Below, one piece after another: positions 9,444 to 19,653 of a stretch of DNA of 64,000 nt (within the stretch, counting starts at the first letter, position 1; each line of letters begins with the position of its first letter). The DNA is from Mayamaea pseudoterrestris. Lineage: Eukaryota. The notes below the pieces were generated by a model, which made no database searches, was not told the origin of the DNA, and saw only the letters and a program-made list of their open reading frames with translations. Both the position numbers and the translations under genes were made by a program. Where the stretch lies: assembly GCA_027923505.1 (NCBI GenBank), contig BROI01000001.1, positions 868,001 to 932,000 of the forward strand, written 5' to 3'.

Positions 9444-10185
9444 CGATGGTGACATGGAGGAATTGAACATGTTGGAGGCGCTAGAAGCTGTGGCCTACTA
9501 CTATTATCCGGAAATGACGAGGCCGAACGTGGGTGGAAGTCGTGGCGGCCATGAGCACGGGCCTTCCAACTCGCGACAGGCTCCAGCTGCTCGAACCGTA
9601 ACGCCAGGACGTGTCAAAAGCAACTATGACAACCAAATCGAGTCGCTAGGAGGAAGAAGACTGGTCCAAAAGAGGATTTCGGATTTCACTCCGACGACTG
9701 ACCAAGACGATTCAGAGGAGGAAAGAATGTGCCAGCCACCACCTGGATACGAAAACGATTCAGGTGACGTTGAAAAAGTTGCTGCGAATGATGAAGGCTG
9801 GAACGTCGCGGCCACAAGGGATGGCGACGAAAGTCGTCGTGGTACCAAACGATCAGGCGATTTTGAAACACCGCCGCGTCGCATCGACCTATCGAATGGA
9901 TGGATTCGTTTCCGCACTGAAGTCAATCAGGACAACTTACCGCAAAATCTCCAGGATGTGTTGCACTTGATGGACGAACTCTTTCCTGGTCATGCATATC
10001 ATCGAAAGCTCTGGACTAAAGCAGCCATTGGAAACGGCCGCCCTGGAGTGGAAACGCGCGATACGCTCCGACTATTGCAGCGCCTTGGAAATCCAGGCAT
10101 GGCGTGGCACCTTACACAGCGAAGTTACGCCCCGCAGACGAAAGAAGATCTTGAGTCATTTATTCGTATTCTATTGGATTTGTAG
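9289..10185 (+). CDS. Tudor-like domain protein with an unrecognised C-terminal domain, paralog 2
   Basis: TPRVSRYFRG..WFNGTV..YLIRYDDGDMEEL and GWIRFRTEV...PQTKEDLESF align with the ends of 7152..8777; the linker is shorter. Confidence 0.8.
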   Translation: MSVVTDIFSCRTPRVSRYFRGTHADGTPYDDWFNGTVASFNSQQGLYLIRYDDGDMEELNMLEALEAVAYYYYPEMTRPNVGGSRGGHEHGPSNSRQAPAARTVTPGRVKSNYDNQIESLGGRRLVQKRISDFTPTTDQDDSEEERMCQPPPGYENDSGDVEKVAANDEGWNVAATRDGDESRRGTKRSGDFETPPRRIDLSNGWIRFRTEVNQDNLPQNLQDVLHLMDELFPGHAYHRKLWTKAAIGNGRPGVETRDTLRLLQRLGNPGMAWHLTQRSYAPQTKEDLESFIRILLDL

Positions 10186-10647
10186 AAAATATTGCTGATT
10201 CTTTGCATGTCTTGATGTTGGTCATGACACACCTTTACGAGCAATTGTGAAATGGCTCTCAGGTACATGGAAAAGGTAGACCGAATCTCTCATGGCCAAA
10301 GAGCTCACATACCAATGATATAATGTTCTAAAGTCATATTCTTTCCAGCCCCGATATCTGATGCATCTTCCATACCTTCTATTATGACGTACGCTGACGC
10401 TGGAATGTACTCGTAGCTAGTTCTTATACCGGTAAGACTTTCAAGGTTTTGGCATGGCCGGCGCACGTAACGCTTGCATGACCGGCTGGCTCGATGTCAC
10501 TTACGTTTCGCAATCGCTGGTTGGAGAGCGACACACAAATCGCTCACGCAGAAACGCGACAATCGCAACTTGGAAGCGTAAAAGAAAGAGACAAGTCTTG
10601 CAGACTTCAAACTTATATACCCCACTGACCCTCAAGCAATCTCCGAA

Positions 10648-11304
10648 ATGACATCTAGCGTCAACGTGACCGTGTGCCAGCTGTGCTTTGAAGACTTTGA
10701 CACGGAGAGTTCTTGGCAAGAAGTGAACCACCGATTACCCGTATCATGTGCGAGTTGCCCCAACAGCGTTTGCTTCCAGTGCTACCTGAGTCTCCAAAGA
10801 ATGCAGAAGCGCAATATTGAGCAATTCGGCGGCATTCGCTGCCCACGATGCAGTGCTGAGTGCGGGTTTGCAGGAGAAAATCCAGTCTTCAATCGAGCCT
10901 TGGCGGCATTGCTGTCGGAGCTCAAGACAATTATCACCAACGCTGCAGCTCAACAGGCTCCACCAGCACCAAAAGTGCCGTATACGAAGCGGGCCATGTC
11001 TCCCGAAAGACGTCGTGCTGCATCGCCTACACCTGCAGCACTCTCGCCGAAGTCTGCCTCGATGTCGGGTGCAGCAACCGCGGCCGACATTGCGACTGAC
11101 GCGCGAACTCCCAAAAAGAGCGGCACTGCCTTGGCTAACGCTACATCTCCAAAGCACCCAGACAATCTCGCAGTGGACAATCGTAGCGACACCAGCGTGT
11201 CTCGGTCGACGGGTAGTCGCCGAACGGAGATTCAAATCAAAAAGAAGGCGCTTCCGACTCGCTACGTTCAAATGAATCCTTGTGGATTTGGATCAACTAC
11301 TTAG
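10648..11304 (+). CDS. RING-like zinc-finger protein with a low-complexity SP/TP-rich tail
   Basis: CQLC...CASCPNSVCFQC...CPRC followed by NRALAALL, the typical post-RING helix; the usual His ligand is not evident. Confidence 0.65.
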   Translation: MTSSVNVTVCQLCFEDFDTESSWQEVNHRLPVSCASCPNSVCFQCYLSLQRMQKRNIEQFGGIRCPRCSAECGFAGENPVFNRALAALLSELKTIITNAAAQQAPPAPKVPYTKRAMSPERRRAASPTPAALSPKSASMSGAATAADIATDARTPKKSGTALANATSPKHPDNLAVDNRSDTSVSRSTGSRRTEIQIKKKALPTRYVQMNPCGFGSTT

Positions 11305-11572
11305 ATGATTGGTGGGTACATATAATCAGCAACGATTGGAGTTGTGCAACCATTCGTGGAAATTAGTTCATGACTCTTGACTGTATCAAGTGGCCGAGCG
11401 ATGATAAGTTTGGGGATACTCAAAACTAGTAATTGAAAAAGGCTATTGTGCAAGACAATTTACTATTTTGCTACAATGAGAAAGTTTCGCAAATATGTTA
11501 AATGTGATACGTATAAATATAAAAAAATGTAGATCAAAAGATACTGTCGCTCATCGCTCAGGTCAGTTCGTC

Positions 11573-12097
11573 TCAAATAGTCGCCGCTGAAACATCGGAT
11601 ATATGACGACCATGATGCAGGGAGCAGATCGCAGAGTCGTCTCGCCCAATATCGTTGTCGTCATGCAATTCCAATTCCGAAAGAACTCGTTCAATGACCT
11701 TGGCAGTTGCATCAAAATCTTGCTCAAAAGAGAGTCGTCGTTGCGGCATGCGCAACGTTTTTCGATGATTGCTGTTGCTCGCATGCGTAGTCTTATATGA
11801 TGCTGGAGCTTCAATCAATTCGCGGTTTCTATCATCTGATCGTTTCGCTGGCATAATAGGTCTCATATCTTGCCGCACTTTTGGTGCCGCAGATGTCTCC
11901 CAGCGACCAGGTTTGCGTGGCGGACCCAGCTTGGCTTTCCTGTTTCGAGGTGAAAAGGCTGGCCGTTCCTCGGGCTGGGGAGGTCGAGGAGCCATTTCCA
12001 AGTATTCCTTGTGGCTCTTGGCATTGTCTTCGACAATTTCCAAGCATCTGTCCTCTTGCTGGAGAGGAGGCGAGAGCAGCATGTGAAGCGAATACAT
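11573..12097 (-). CDS. Hypothetical protein with PxxP-R-x-S type motifs
   Basis: Likely start MYSLHMLL at 12097. Segments IVEDNA, RWET, RPIMPAKRS and LRMPQRRLSFE resemble a motif style I associate with diatom hypothetical proteins. Confidence 0.5.
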   Translation of the reverse strand: MYSLHMLLSPPLQQEDRCLEIVEDNAKSHKEYLEMAPRPPQPEERPAFSPRNRKAKLGPPRKPGRWETSAAPKVRQDMRPIMPAKRSDDRNRELIEAPASYKTTHASNSNHRKTLRMPQRRLSFEQDFDATAKVIERVLSELELHDDNDIGRDDSAICSLHHGRHISDVSAATI

Positions 12098-12767
12098 TGC
12101 AGGTGCCGACGAGGGATTTTGCTGTTGACTGTTGATGTTCCTCCTGTCGCTGTTTAACAAATGCTTGAATGCAAAAAAAGGTCAATGGAATACGTCGCTC
12201 TGTCTGAGGTTAGGATGCTAATGGTGCTCACGTAGTCGTGCAGCGGATTTGTGTTGCACCTGTGCCGAGGTGCTGAATCAGTGACTGCTCCTTGGAGATC
12301 TTCCGAGAATGTTTATGTTGGTTGGTTGTTGTCTCGTTCACATTATCGATCGCTCGTGGGATCCCTCATGTGGCGATCTTGCGTGCGCGACCATGGACTA
12401 TTCATGATAAATTCACTACCAAAAGTTGCATGACCGGTTTTCACAATTCAAGTATTCAATATGGTGGATGAGCCACAAGCTATCCTGCATTTACGTACCC
12501 CCTAATCATGGAGATTGCATAGGTAGTGCAAGAAAGTACAAGTAGTACAATCTGTAGTGATGCTAAACGGCGACCTGTATTGCTATCCATCTAACAAGCA
12601 TCTCGCTCCTATCGACAGGAGAAGAGGCAACGAGAGCAGAATGTATGTGAACATAATATCGACGAACCGATAATCCATGTCTATGATGCCTGATGACTCT
12701 GATTACAGCACCATACCTTCTAACATAAAGCACTATAGATGTTTACGCATTATATATACCGTCAAAC

Positions 12768-13817
12768 TCACTTGCCGAGAAACTTCAAGGCCTTCTTGAC
12801 CCAAAACTTTGAAATATAAATGGCCCGCTGGGCGTTTGTGATTTCCGGTTCAAGTCCCTTGTGCACAATAGCAATCTCCTCCTCCAGTGCCGTCGGCCAA
12901 GCCTGCGGATGGTGCGGAGTGTTGAATGGAACACCACGCTCCACACTGGGATGCAATACACCCTGGACGGCAGCGCGAGCGTTCGACGGAACGTAGCGAA
13001 TCGTGTACCGGAGCTTGTGCTCGGTTTCAGAAACATTTTTGAACGGCTCTTGACGATGAAAAATCAATCGATCCCAAGCAACAGCGTCTCCTGGCTTCAT
13101 TTCGTAGACTGTTGACATTGCGTAAATCTTGGCGTCACATTCGGGCGAGAGTTGGCTCATGCCACACGTATTGTTGGCAATCACCGCTCGACAAGGAGCA
13201 ATCCAGTCGGCGACGTGACTCTTTGGAGCGACGCGAATGCCTCCTCCAGTCTCGGCGTTATAGTCTGACAGGGCGATCCAAAAGTTGACACCCGTCGAGT
13301 CGTCCTCGGCTGGCCAAAACATTTTGTCGTCCACATGGAATCCGCAGCCAGCTCCCTTGCTCGTTTGTCCAAACACTGCATCCTTCAAGATTCGCACTGA
13401 TTTTGTCTCGCCCAATAAATCAGCAGTCATACTACTCATGCTGGATTCAAAGGCAACGCGAGCAAGGCCCTTGGTGTATCGCCATTCCTGCGCGGAGAGT
13501 TTGGCATACTTGGACGGCATGACGTATGACCAAAGGCTTGGTCTATGAAAGACACGCTCCGATGCTTCCATTGCGTCCTTCAACAAGTCTCCCTGCAGCA
13601 GGTTTGGAATAAAAAGTACGCCAGTCTCGTGGAAAATAGCCTTTTGCTCGTCCGTCAAGGTCGATGGCAATGGAGTCGATGGAAAGGAGTTGCCATTCGA
13701 AAAGATAATGTCATCCTTTCGGTTGACGAACGAGAGGTAAGCCGCAAGCACTCCGACGACAAGCGTCGAGATTGTCACGCCGGAAAAGAGCTTGGACACT
13801 GGAGCTGCTGCTGTCAT
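12768..13817 (-). CDS. Phytanoyl-CoA dioxygenase (PhyH)-family Fe/2OG enzyme with an N-terminal signal anchor
   Basis: LTDEQKAIFHETGVLFIPNLL, FHVD (HxD), NFWIALSD, GGGIRVAPKSH, MKPGDAVAWDRLIFHR. N-terminal hydrophobic helix TISTLVVGVLAAYLSFV; start placed at MTAAAP. Confidence 0.8.
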   Translation of the reverse strand: MTAAAPVSKLFSGVTISTLVVGVLAAYLSFVNRKDDIIFSNGNSFPSTPLPSTLTDEQKAIFHETGVLFIPNLLQGDLLKDAMEASERVFHRPSLWSYVMPSKYAKLSAQEWRYTKGLARVAFESSMSSMTADLLGETKSVRILKDAVFGQTSKGAGCGFHVDDKMFWPAEDDSTGVNFWIALSDYNAETGGGIRVAPKSHVADWIAPCRAVIANNTCGMSQLSPECDAKIYAMSTVYEMKPGDAVAWDRLIFHRQEPFKNVSETEHKLRYTIRYVPSNARAAVQGVLHPSVERGVPFNTPHHPQAWPTALEEEIAIVHKGLEPEITNAQRAIYISKFWVKKALKFLGK

Positions 13818-14143
13818 GATGCATATGGTCCCCACGATGTGGAAGCTGCGAAATGAAACTGGAACGAACGAACGAAAGTATAAAGGCGTTCGTGCGTTTC
13901 GTGTGTCAAAGGGCTGAGTGACTATGCGACAAATTTGTTGATGCTGCGACACTTAGTACCGAAGAGACTAAAGATTCTTTTCCTTTGCCATCATCACAAA
14001 TGAATGACCATGACCACCTGATCGTTGTAGCCTTCCCGAGATCTTTATAGCAGTTGACTGTCCTTCTAGCAGTCAGCGAGCGACAGTGAACTTACAATTA
14101 CAATAAGCAGTAGAGAATAAAGTGGCAGCAGCAGCAGAGCATC

Positions 14144-16039
14144 ATGGTCGCCATGCAGCAACAACAACAATCAGCGTCCAGACGGAGACCTTTATCCTCT
14201 CGATTCTCATCGTCTTCATCACCAAGCTCATTCTCCTGTGTATCATTAAGCTCGCTCTTAATCTGTTTTCTCTGCAGCATGTCATCCTTTTACGCTGGAG
14301 TCGTCGTTGGATCAACTACCGCTTCAGCAAAGACTGGTAATGCAAGTGTTTCCTCCTCCTCCGACTCGACCATGATGCTACGCACCGACTGCAAGAGCCT
14401 GTTGCAGGAGCAGCTACGCAAACTCTCTCAAGATGAGCAAGAACATTTACGAAGAGGCGCTGGAGCCGCACCAAACATGAACGTTGAAGGCAAGACACCA
14501 CACCGATTTCCACCAGAAACATCCGACTTGATGGTTGGCATGACGCGCGTCGACCGCGACGAATTTGCCAAAACCTTTGACATGGGCGTTCCACTGGATG
14601 AGTCGAAACCGACCAATAGTCAAGTCTTGATATTGCATCAAACGCACCTGTCGCTGCCGAGCGACGCGATACACGCCAAGGAGGCCATCAGCTTGACGGA
14701 CGCGCCGCTGCTGAGCGCGCACGACGCCACGGAGAATTGCGACATTCTCGCCGTGACGCTGCTGGAGCATCCCACGAGTGGCTTGCGCAAGCAGTGCGTG
14801 GCACTCATGGGACAGTTCGAGTCGTGGCACTTGCAAAAGTTTATGCGACTCCCACATCGCAACGACAATGTCACGACGTATAGTGGACGCCGCATGGACA
14901 GCAGCGTCGCGCTCCGCTACGTCAATCGAGGCGCGCAGCCGTCGGGGCGCGTTGGAAACGTTGCGCCCACCATGGAAACGACGCGTATCTACTGGGAGAT
15001 TTTGCAGAAATACTTGAGTAGCTTTGATGCGAATCTCAAGGCGCTGGAGCCGATTGTCAAGAACATGGCGCTTGGGCCGACCAATGCCGTTGTGGTCATG
15101 GTGGTGAACTTGGGTCAATCCGAGTTGTTGCTCAACTTTATCTGCCACGCTCGTCGACGCAATCTGGACTTGTCCAATGTTTTGGTCTTTGCGACGGATT
15201 TGGAGACGCGCGACTTGGTGGCAAACATGGGCGTTGCTGTATATTACGACGAGTACAATTACGAAATCATGCCCAAGGAAGCTGCCAAGCGTTACGCGGA
15301 TCGCAATTTCAGATCCATGATGATGGCCAAGGTGTTTGTCGTACACATGGTGCTCGCCTTGGGCTACGACGTCTTGTTCCAGGATGTGGATTTGATATGG
15401 TACCGCAATCCGTTGGAGTATTTCGAAACCACCAAGATGGAGGAGCAAAAAGGCGGTAACAAGCCGTTCGACATGTACTTTCAAGACGATGGCAATCATG
15501 CGCTCTACTATGCTCCATACAGCGCAAACACTGGCTTTTACTACGTTCGCCACAATGATATCACCATGCACTTTTTCAACACGTTTCTCGTGAGTGGCGA
15601 TAACATTATTGCCACAAAATCGCATCAAGTAGCCCTCATTGCGTTGTTGGGTGAGCATGCTAGCTTGTATGGGCTCCGCGTCAAGGTCTTCAATCGCAAC
15701 TCGGACGAGTTCCCAGGTGGACATGCGTTCAATCAACGCAAGTCTTTCATGAAGGACCTGTTTGCAAAGGCTGTCAATCCTTATATTTTCCACATGAGCT
15801 GGACGCTCAACAAGGTCAATAAGCAAAGGTACTTTGAGCAAATGGGTGAGTGGTACTATCATTCACAATGTATTGGCAAAACGGTGGACGAAATACTGAC
15901 AACTGCACACGATGGTGGCTTGTTTGAACATTGTTGCTCCGCCGAGCCACTCGTCACGTGTCACTACCGCGACAAGCCAAGCATTATACCATGCAAAGAC
16001 TCGCCGCCTATTGATAATGGACAAGGTTCGTGGTGGTAA
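14144..16039 (+). CDS. Nucleotide-diphospho-sugar transferase (GT77-like), type II membrane protein
   Basis: N-terminal TM segment, then LVFATD, LGYDVLFQDVDLIWYRNP (DxD), ANTGFYYVR and IFHMSWT. Confidence 0.85.
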   Translation: MVAMQQQQQSASRRRPLSSRFSSSSSPSSFSCVSLSSLLICFLCSMSSFYAGVVVGSTTASAKTGNASVSSSSDSTMMLRTDCKSLLQEQLRKLSQDEQEHLRRGAGAAPNMNVEGKTPHRFPPETSDLMVGMTRVDRDEFAKTFDMGVPLDESKPTNSQVLILHQTHLSLPSDAIHAKEAISLTDAPLLSAHDATENCDILAVTLLEHPTSGLRKQCVALMGQFESWHLQKFMRLPHRNDNVTTYSGRRMDSSVALRYVNRGAQPSGRVGNVAPTMETTRIYWEILQKYLSSFDANLKALEPIVKNMALGPTNAVVVMVVNLGQSELLLNFICHARRRNLDLSNVLVFATDLETRDLVANMGVAVYYDEYNYEIMPKEAAKRYADRNFRSMMMAKVFVVHMVLALGYDVLFQDVDLIWYRNPLEYFETTKMEEQKGGNKPFDMYFQDDGNHALYYAPYSANTGFYYVRHNDITMHFFNTFLVSGDNIIATKSHQVALIALLGEHASLYGLRVKVFNRNSDEFPGGHAFNQRKSFMKDLFAKAVNPYIFHMSWTLNKVNKQRYFEQMGEWYYHSQCIGKTVDEILTTAHDGGLFEHCCSAEPLVTCHYRDKPSIIPCKDSPPIDNGQGSWW

Positions 16040-16084
16040 CCCTGATCTAAATTTACATTGGGCGCTAGTGCCTGCTGTAACGAT

Positions 16085-17734
16085 CTACTGCTTTGCGCTT
16101 GCTGGTGCATCTGCATCGTGATTCTGAAAGAACGCCAACACTTCCCGCACCTTCTCGGTGCGAATGTTGTAGACCGGATGAGTTCGCGCTACCCGAGACT
16201 GCTGTGGATGCCCGAAGGCTGGCGCCGCGTCGCCACTGGAATATTGCGCCACGGATAATCCACTTAAATTGTAACACGAATGGTAGTGATCGCGAGACTT
16301 GGACGGCTTGTCGCGTAGGCCGCCACTCGTGTTTTGTGCACATGTCAAAGTATAGCGCTCTAGCATACCCTGATCAAACAAAACTGTCGTCCTTGCGTCA
16401 TTTTGTAGCCAGGGATCGTCGTCTTGCTGCAGAGGCAGCATGCTGACAATGGCATTCGCCGCGCCAACCCAAAAGCTGTAGCAGCCATCCACCAGCTTGT
16501 TGGAGCGTCCGTTGAAGCCTCCCTCGTAGCTTGTCTGTCGCCGAACAAGCCATTCAGTCAAGGCGTTAATGTCGATGCGATCATCTCCTCTTAGCAAAAA
16601 GGCCGCAGCTATTGCACAAAAGGTATATCCGCCATGCGCCTCCGAATATGGTTCTCCTCCAAAGCCACCTTCAAAGGTTTGACAGGATGAAATGAATTTG
16701 ACGGCTCGCCCGTGATGAATACTCGGACCATTCAAAACGTTCAAAAGCGTGGCAACACTGAGTAAGCAGTAGGTTGCTCGAACGTCAATTTCGCCATCCT
16801 CGTGCATACGAAAGCTTCCATCTGATTGCTGCAAGACAAGCGCCATCCAAGCGTATAGTTGAAACCGCTTTTGCAGCAAAAAGCTCTTGGCATCCTCCGA
16901 CCAAAGAATGCAGAGCGCCAAGACGGCCGCGTACGTGGTAGCCGCGTGATTTAATTGGTTTGGTCCGCCGCCAAAGCCGCCAATGCGAATGGGAACGCCG
17001 TACTCGTCTTGGTTTTCTTCGTCTTTTGTCCTTTCCTCATTCCCTAGTGTGCACGTTTTGTTGGCGGCTGCTGCCTTTATTTGCTGGTATTGCTGTTGAT
17101 ATTCTGTAGCAAGGGCTTTGAAAATGTAATCGCGTTCGACTTGTTCCTTGGTAATGTAGATTGTTTCCTCCCGCCACATGCTCGCTAGCGTTTGAACAAT
17201 GCGAGCATCACCCGCTTGTCCTTGTTTGGAACGCTCTTGTTGCACTTCAGCTTGATTTAGCGTCAACAAGTCATGCGCGTGCAAGCACCAGTAAATTAAC
17301 CAGGATCGACTCGCGTCGAGGCTGCACATCTTCCAGGAAAGTGCTGGCTGCTCGGCCGACAATGGAGCCGAGACATACTGCAAGTGAGCGTCGTACACCA
17401 AGCAGAGCCATGATAAAGGAATAGTCTTCTTGCCTTGTTCGTTGCTCTCGTCGTCGTCACTCACAGCAGTACGAGCCGGCAGTAATCCAGTCTGCCGCAA
17501 ATGCTCAAGCTGACTTTCTGGAAGCTTTGACAAGTCGGCAAAATAAGGTCTGCATTCCAGTTCAGTCTCTTGCTGATCATTAGTGGACTGCGTAGCTCGT
17601 GTGAAGCGGACCTGCAGGTCTTCATTGTACTTGTAAAAGTCGTGGACCAGTGATGATGAGGTTGACGATGGCGCTGGAAATGCCGGAGCAAGAGGGTTTT
17701 CGCTTCTTATTTTCGGTTCCAAATTTGAATCCAT
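16085..17734 (-). CDS. FNTB: Protein farnesyltransferase subunit beta
   Basis: LDASRSWLIYW, GGFGGGPNQLNHAATTYAAV, GEIDVRATY, EAHGGYTFC, RSNKLVDGCYSFW, GGLRDKPSKSRDHYHSCYNLSGLS. Confidence 0.92.
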   Translation of the reverse strand: MDSNLEPKIRSENPLAPAFPAPSSTSSSLVHDFYKYNEDLQVRFTRATQSTNDQQETELECRPYFADLSKLPESQLEHLRQTGLLPARTAVSDDDESNEQGKKTIPLSWLCLVYDAHLQYVSAPLSAEQPALSWKMCSLDASRSWLIYWCLHAHDLLTLNQAEVQQERSKQGQAGDARIVQTLASMWREETIYITKEQVERDYIFKALATEYQQQYQQIKAAAANKTCTLGNEERTKDEENQDEYGVPIRIGGFGGGPNQLNHAATTYAAVLALCILWSEDAKSFLLQKRFQLYAWMALVLQQSDGSFRMHEDGEIDVRATYCLLSVATLLNVLNGPSIHHGRAVKFISSCQTFEGGFGGEPYSEAHGGYTFCAIAAAFLLRGDDRIDINALTEWLVRRQTSYEGGFNGRSNKLVDGCYSFWVGAANAIVSMLPLQQDDDPWLQNDARTTVLFDQGMLERYTLTCAQNTSGGLRDKPSKSRDHYHSCYNLSGLSVAQYSSGDAAPAFGHPQQSRVARTHPVYNIRTEKVREVLAFFQNHDADAPASAKQ

Positions 17735-17999
17735 TGCACTAGGTAGATTTGGCTGGTGTAGAAGAGGTCGCAGCGTGTGCTACGTTGGTTGACTTGACGA
17801 GCAAAGCCGAGGGGAAAGCATGGTGCGGCGCGTCCATGCGTCGTCGTTCGTGCTGCGACACGGTTTGGCAGATCCTCGAAACAGCTCAACCGAAGCCTTT
17901 TGTCGTTTCTATACACTCTTGATCATAGTATGGGTTGAAGTGTGACCATCTATCTGCTCCGTTTCTCGCTGCGAATCCGTTTCACAAAACGACCATGAT

Positions 18000-19085
18000 G
18001 CTGGGTTCAAGCTTGATAGCCTTTCAACTTTGTCTCAACCTCGACAACAGAAATTGTTCTGCACAAACAAGCTATGGCTAATACGGCATGGACGATACCA
18101 AGTGGACGTCGTTTTTTCTACCCTGCTGGCGGCTAACTGCTGAACGACCAGCATAAGCAATCGGTGCATCGATGCATCCTGATGGCATCAATATCAACAT
18201 CTACAACAAATAAATGTACAGATGCGTGGCTTTAGATTACAAGAATAATAATTGATGTGGCAGGAATCTGACGACACTGAGCATAATCATTTGTCGCCGT
18301 TTGCGGCCTTGGATCAGCTCGAACGCTTTCTGAATCCAGACTATCAAGGCGGTGTCGATGATACGCAAACACCAGCATTCAGCAAGTCGCTCTGGCTGTC
18401 ACCTCGTGTGTTCTTGCTGAGCGAGGAAGCAACGTGTGCCTTGTGGTTGACAGACTTTTGCAGCCGTTCACGGTACGATGCACGCCTCACGGAGCAAATT
18501 GGAACACAAGCATGGAGAGTGTTTGCGACAGCACAAGTTACGGAAGCAAGAAGAATGACGACAATATGACTGAGCCTTGTAGACACAAGTTTTACCTTTG
18601 GATGCGTTTGCACTAGGGACGGCCTCCTCCCTACTCGAGTCCATAAAGTAGGAGCTTGCAGCGACACGTCCTCCCAGCACTGCACCTACTCCGAACCGCA
18701 CGCTTAGGTCGGCCCCCGCTTTTGACATACAATTTCGCCCTCTCCTTGGTCTGCGATCCTCTTCTCTCCATACCAAGATTGGTCTCTATCTGCTGTCGAT
18801 TCGCATGACGACTGGTTCACCGTGGCTGCCGCTGCCGCCAGATAGATTGCTTGACTTGATCGTGTCGGCACGCAATGTTCAATTTTTTGATTGCTTCGAA
18901 TGGTTGCACCCACTTGTCGAGTAGTGGGCCAATCTACTTTGAGCGGAACATTGACGCTGGATCGCGTTTGCTTGGATGATCCGCACGTTTTTCTGCGGGA
19001 GCTGTTCATGATGCTAATGGACCAACGAAGCTTGTTATTCGACGGCCATACAATGTTTAAACCGGACTGTAGCGCATGCTTTTAA
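18000..19085 (+). pseudogene. Possible decayed gene remnant
   Basis: Protein-like pieces (18252-18569 and 18891-19085) are separated by multiple stops in a gap of about 1.5 kb in an otherwise compact genome. Confidence 0.25.
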
Positions 19086-19212
19086 CGATCACTGACACTA
19101 CCGGTAGTATTGCCAAAAACAGGTGCTATTAATTTGAATATTTCAATGTATTATGTACTTAAACTGCCGTGTTAGCTTGTCTATTGGCGATGTGTACACG
19201 ATCCACAAATGC

Positions 19213-19653
19213 TTAGAAGTGATCAACGACTTTGGAGACCCACTTCTTTCCATCTGGAAACCGAATGCCACCTTTCTCCCAGACTCCTGGCACCTTGTTT
19301 GGTCCACCAATCGGTGTTTCATCGACCAGAATTTGTTCTCCATTGACCTTGCCAGTGAGCGTCCAGGCCTTTTCTCCGGTTCCAAAGCCACATGCTGGGT
19401 TAGGATCCGTTCCGGTAAGCTTGGCGACCTTGGTAAATCTGTTAACCTTGACTTGGCGGGTGCATTCCGGGTGCTGTTCGTCCGTGTAGGAGCCATTCAA
19501 GTCAACAACAGCGTTAGATACGAGTGCACTGCCTCCAATGATGGCTGATGCAGTTGCCACGGAAGCAGCCTTCTTGACAAAGCTTGGTACGGCCCACGCA
19601 TTTGTCGACACGGCAAGCGAAGCTGCAAGGGTGACATATAGAGATGTCTTCAT
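19213..19653 (-). CDS. Putative plastid (thylakoid-lumen) protein of unknown function
   Basis: Signal peptide ending TNA/WAVP (ASAFAP-like), then an Ala-rich second hydrophobic segment ending VSNA. Mature domain YTDEQHPEC...GGP...FPDGKKW. Confidence 0.7.
   Translation of the reverse strand: MKTSLYVTLAASLAVSTNAWAVPSFVKKAASVATASAIIGGSALVSNAVVDLNGSYTDEQHPECTRQVKVNRFTKVAKLTGTDPNPACGFGTGEKAWTLTGKVNGEQILVDETPIGGPNKVPGVWEKGGIRFPDGKKWVSKVVDHF

Noticed and set aside
14447..15862. 471-aa antisense ORF inside the GT77 gene, and other long antisense ORFs
   Set aside because: It has no motifs and is explained by codon bias of the sense gene.
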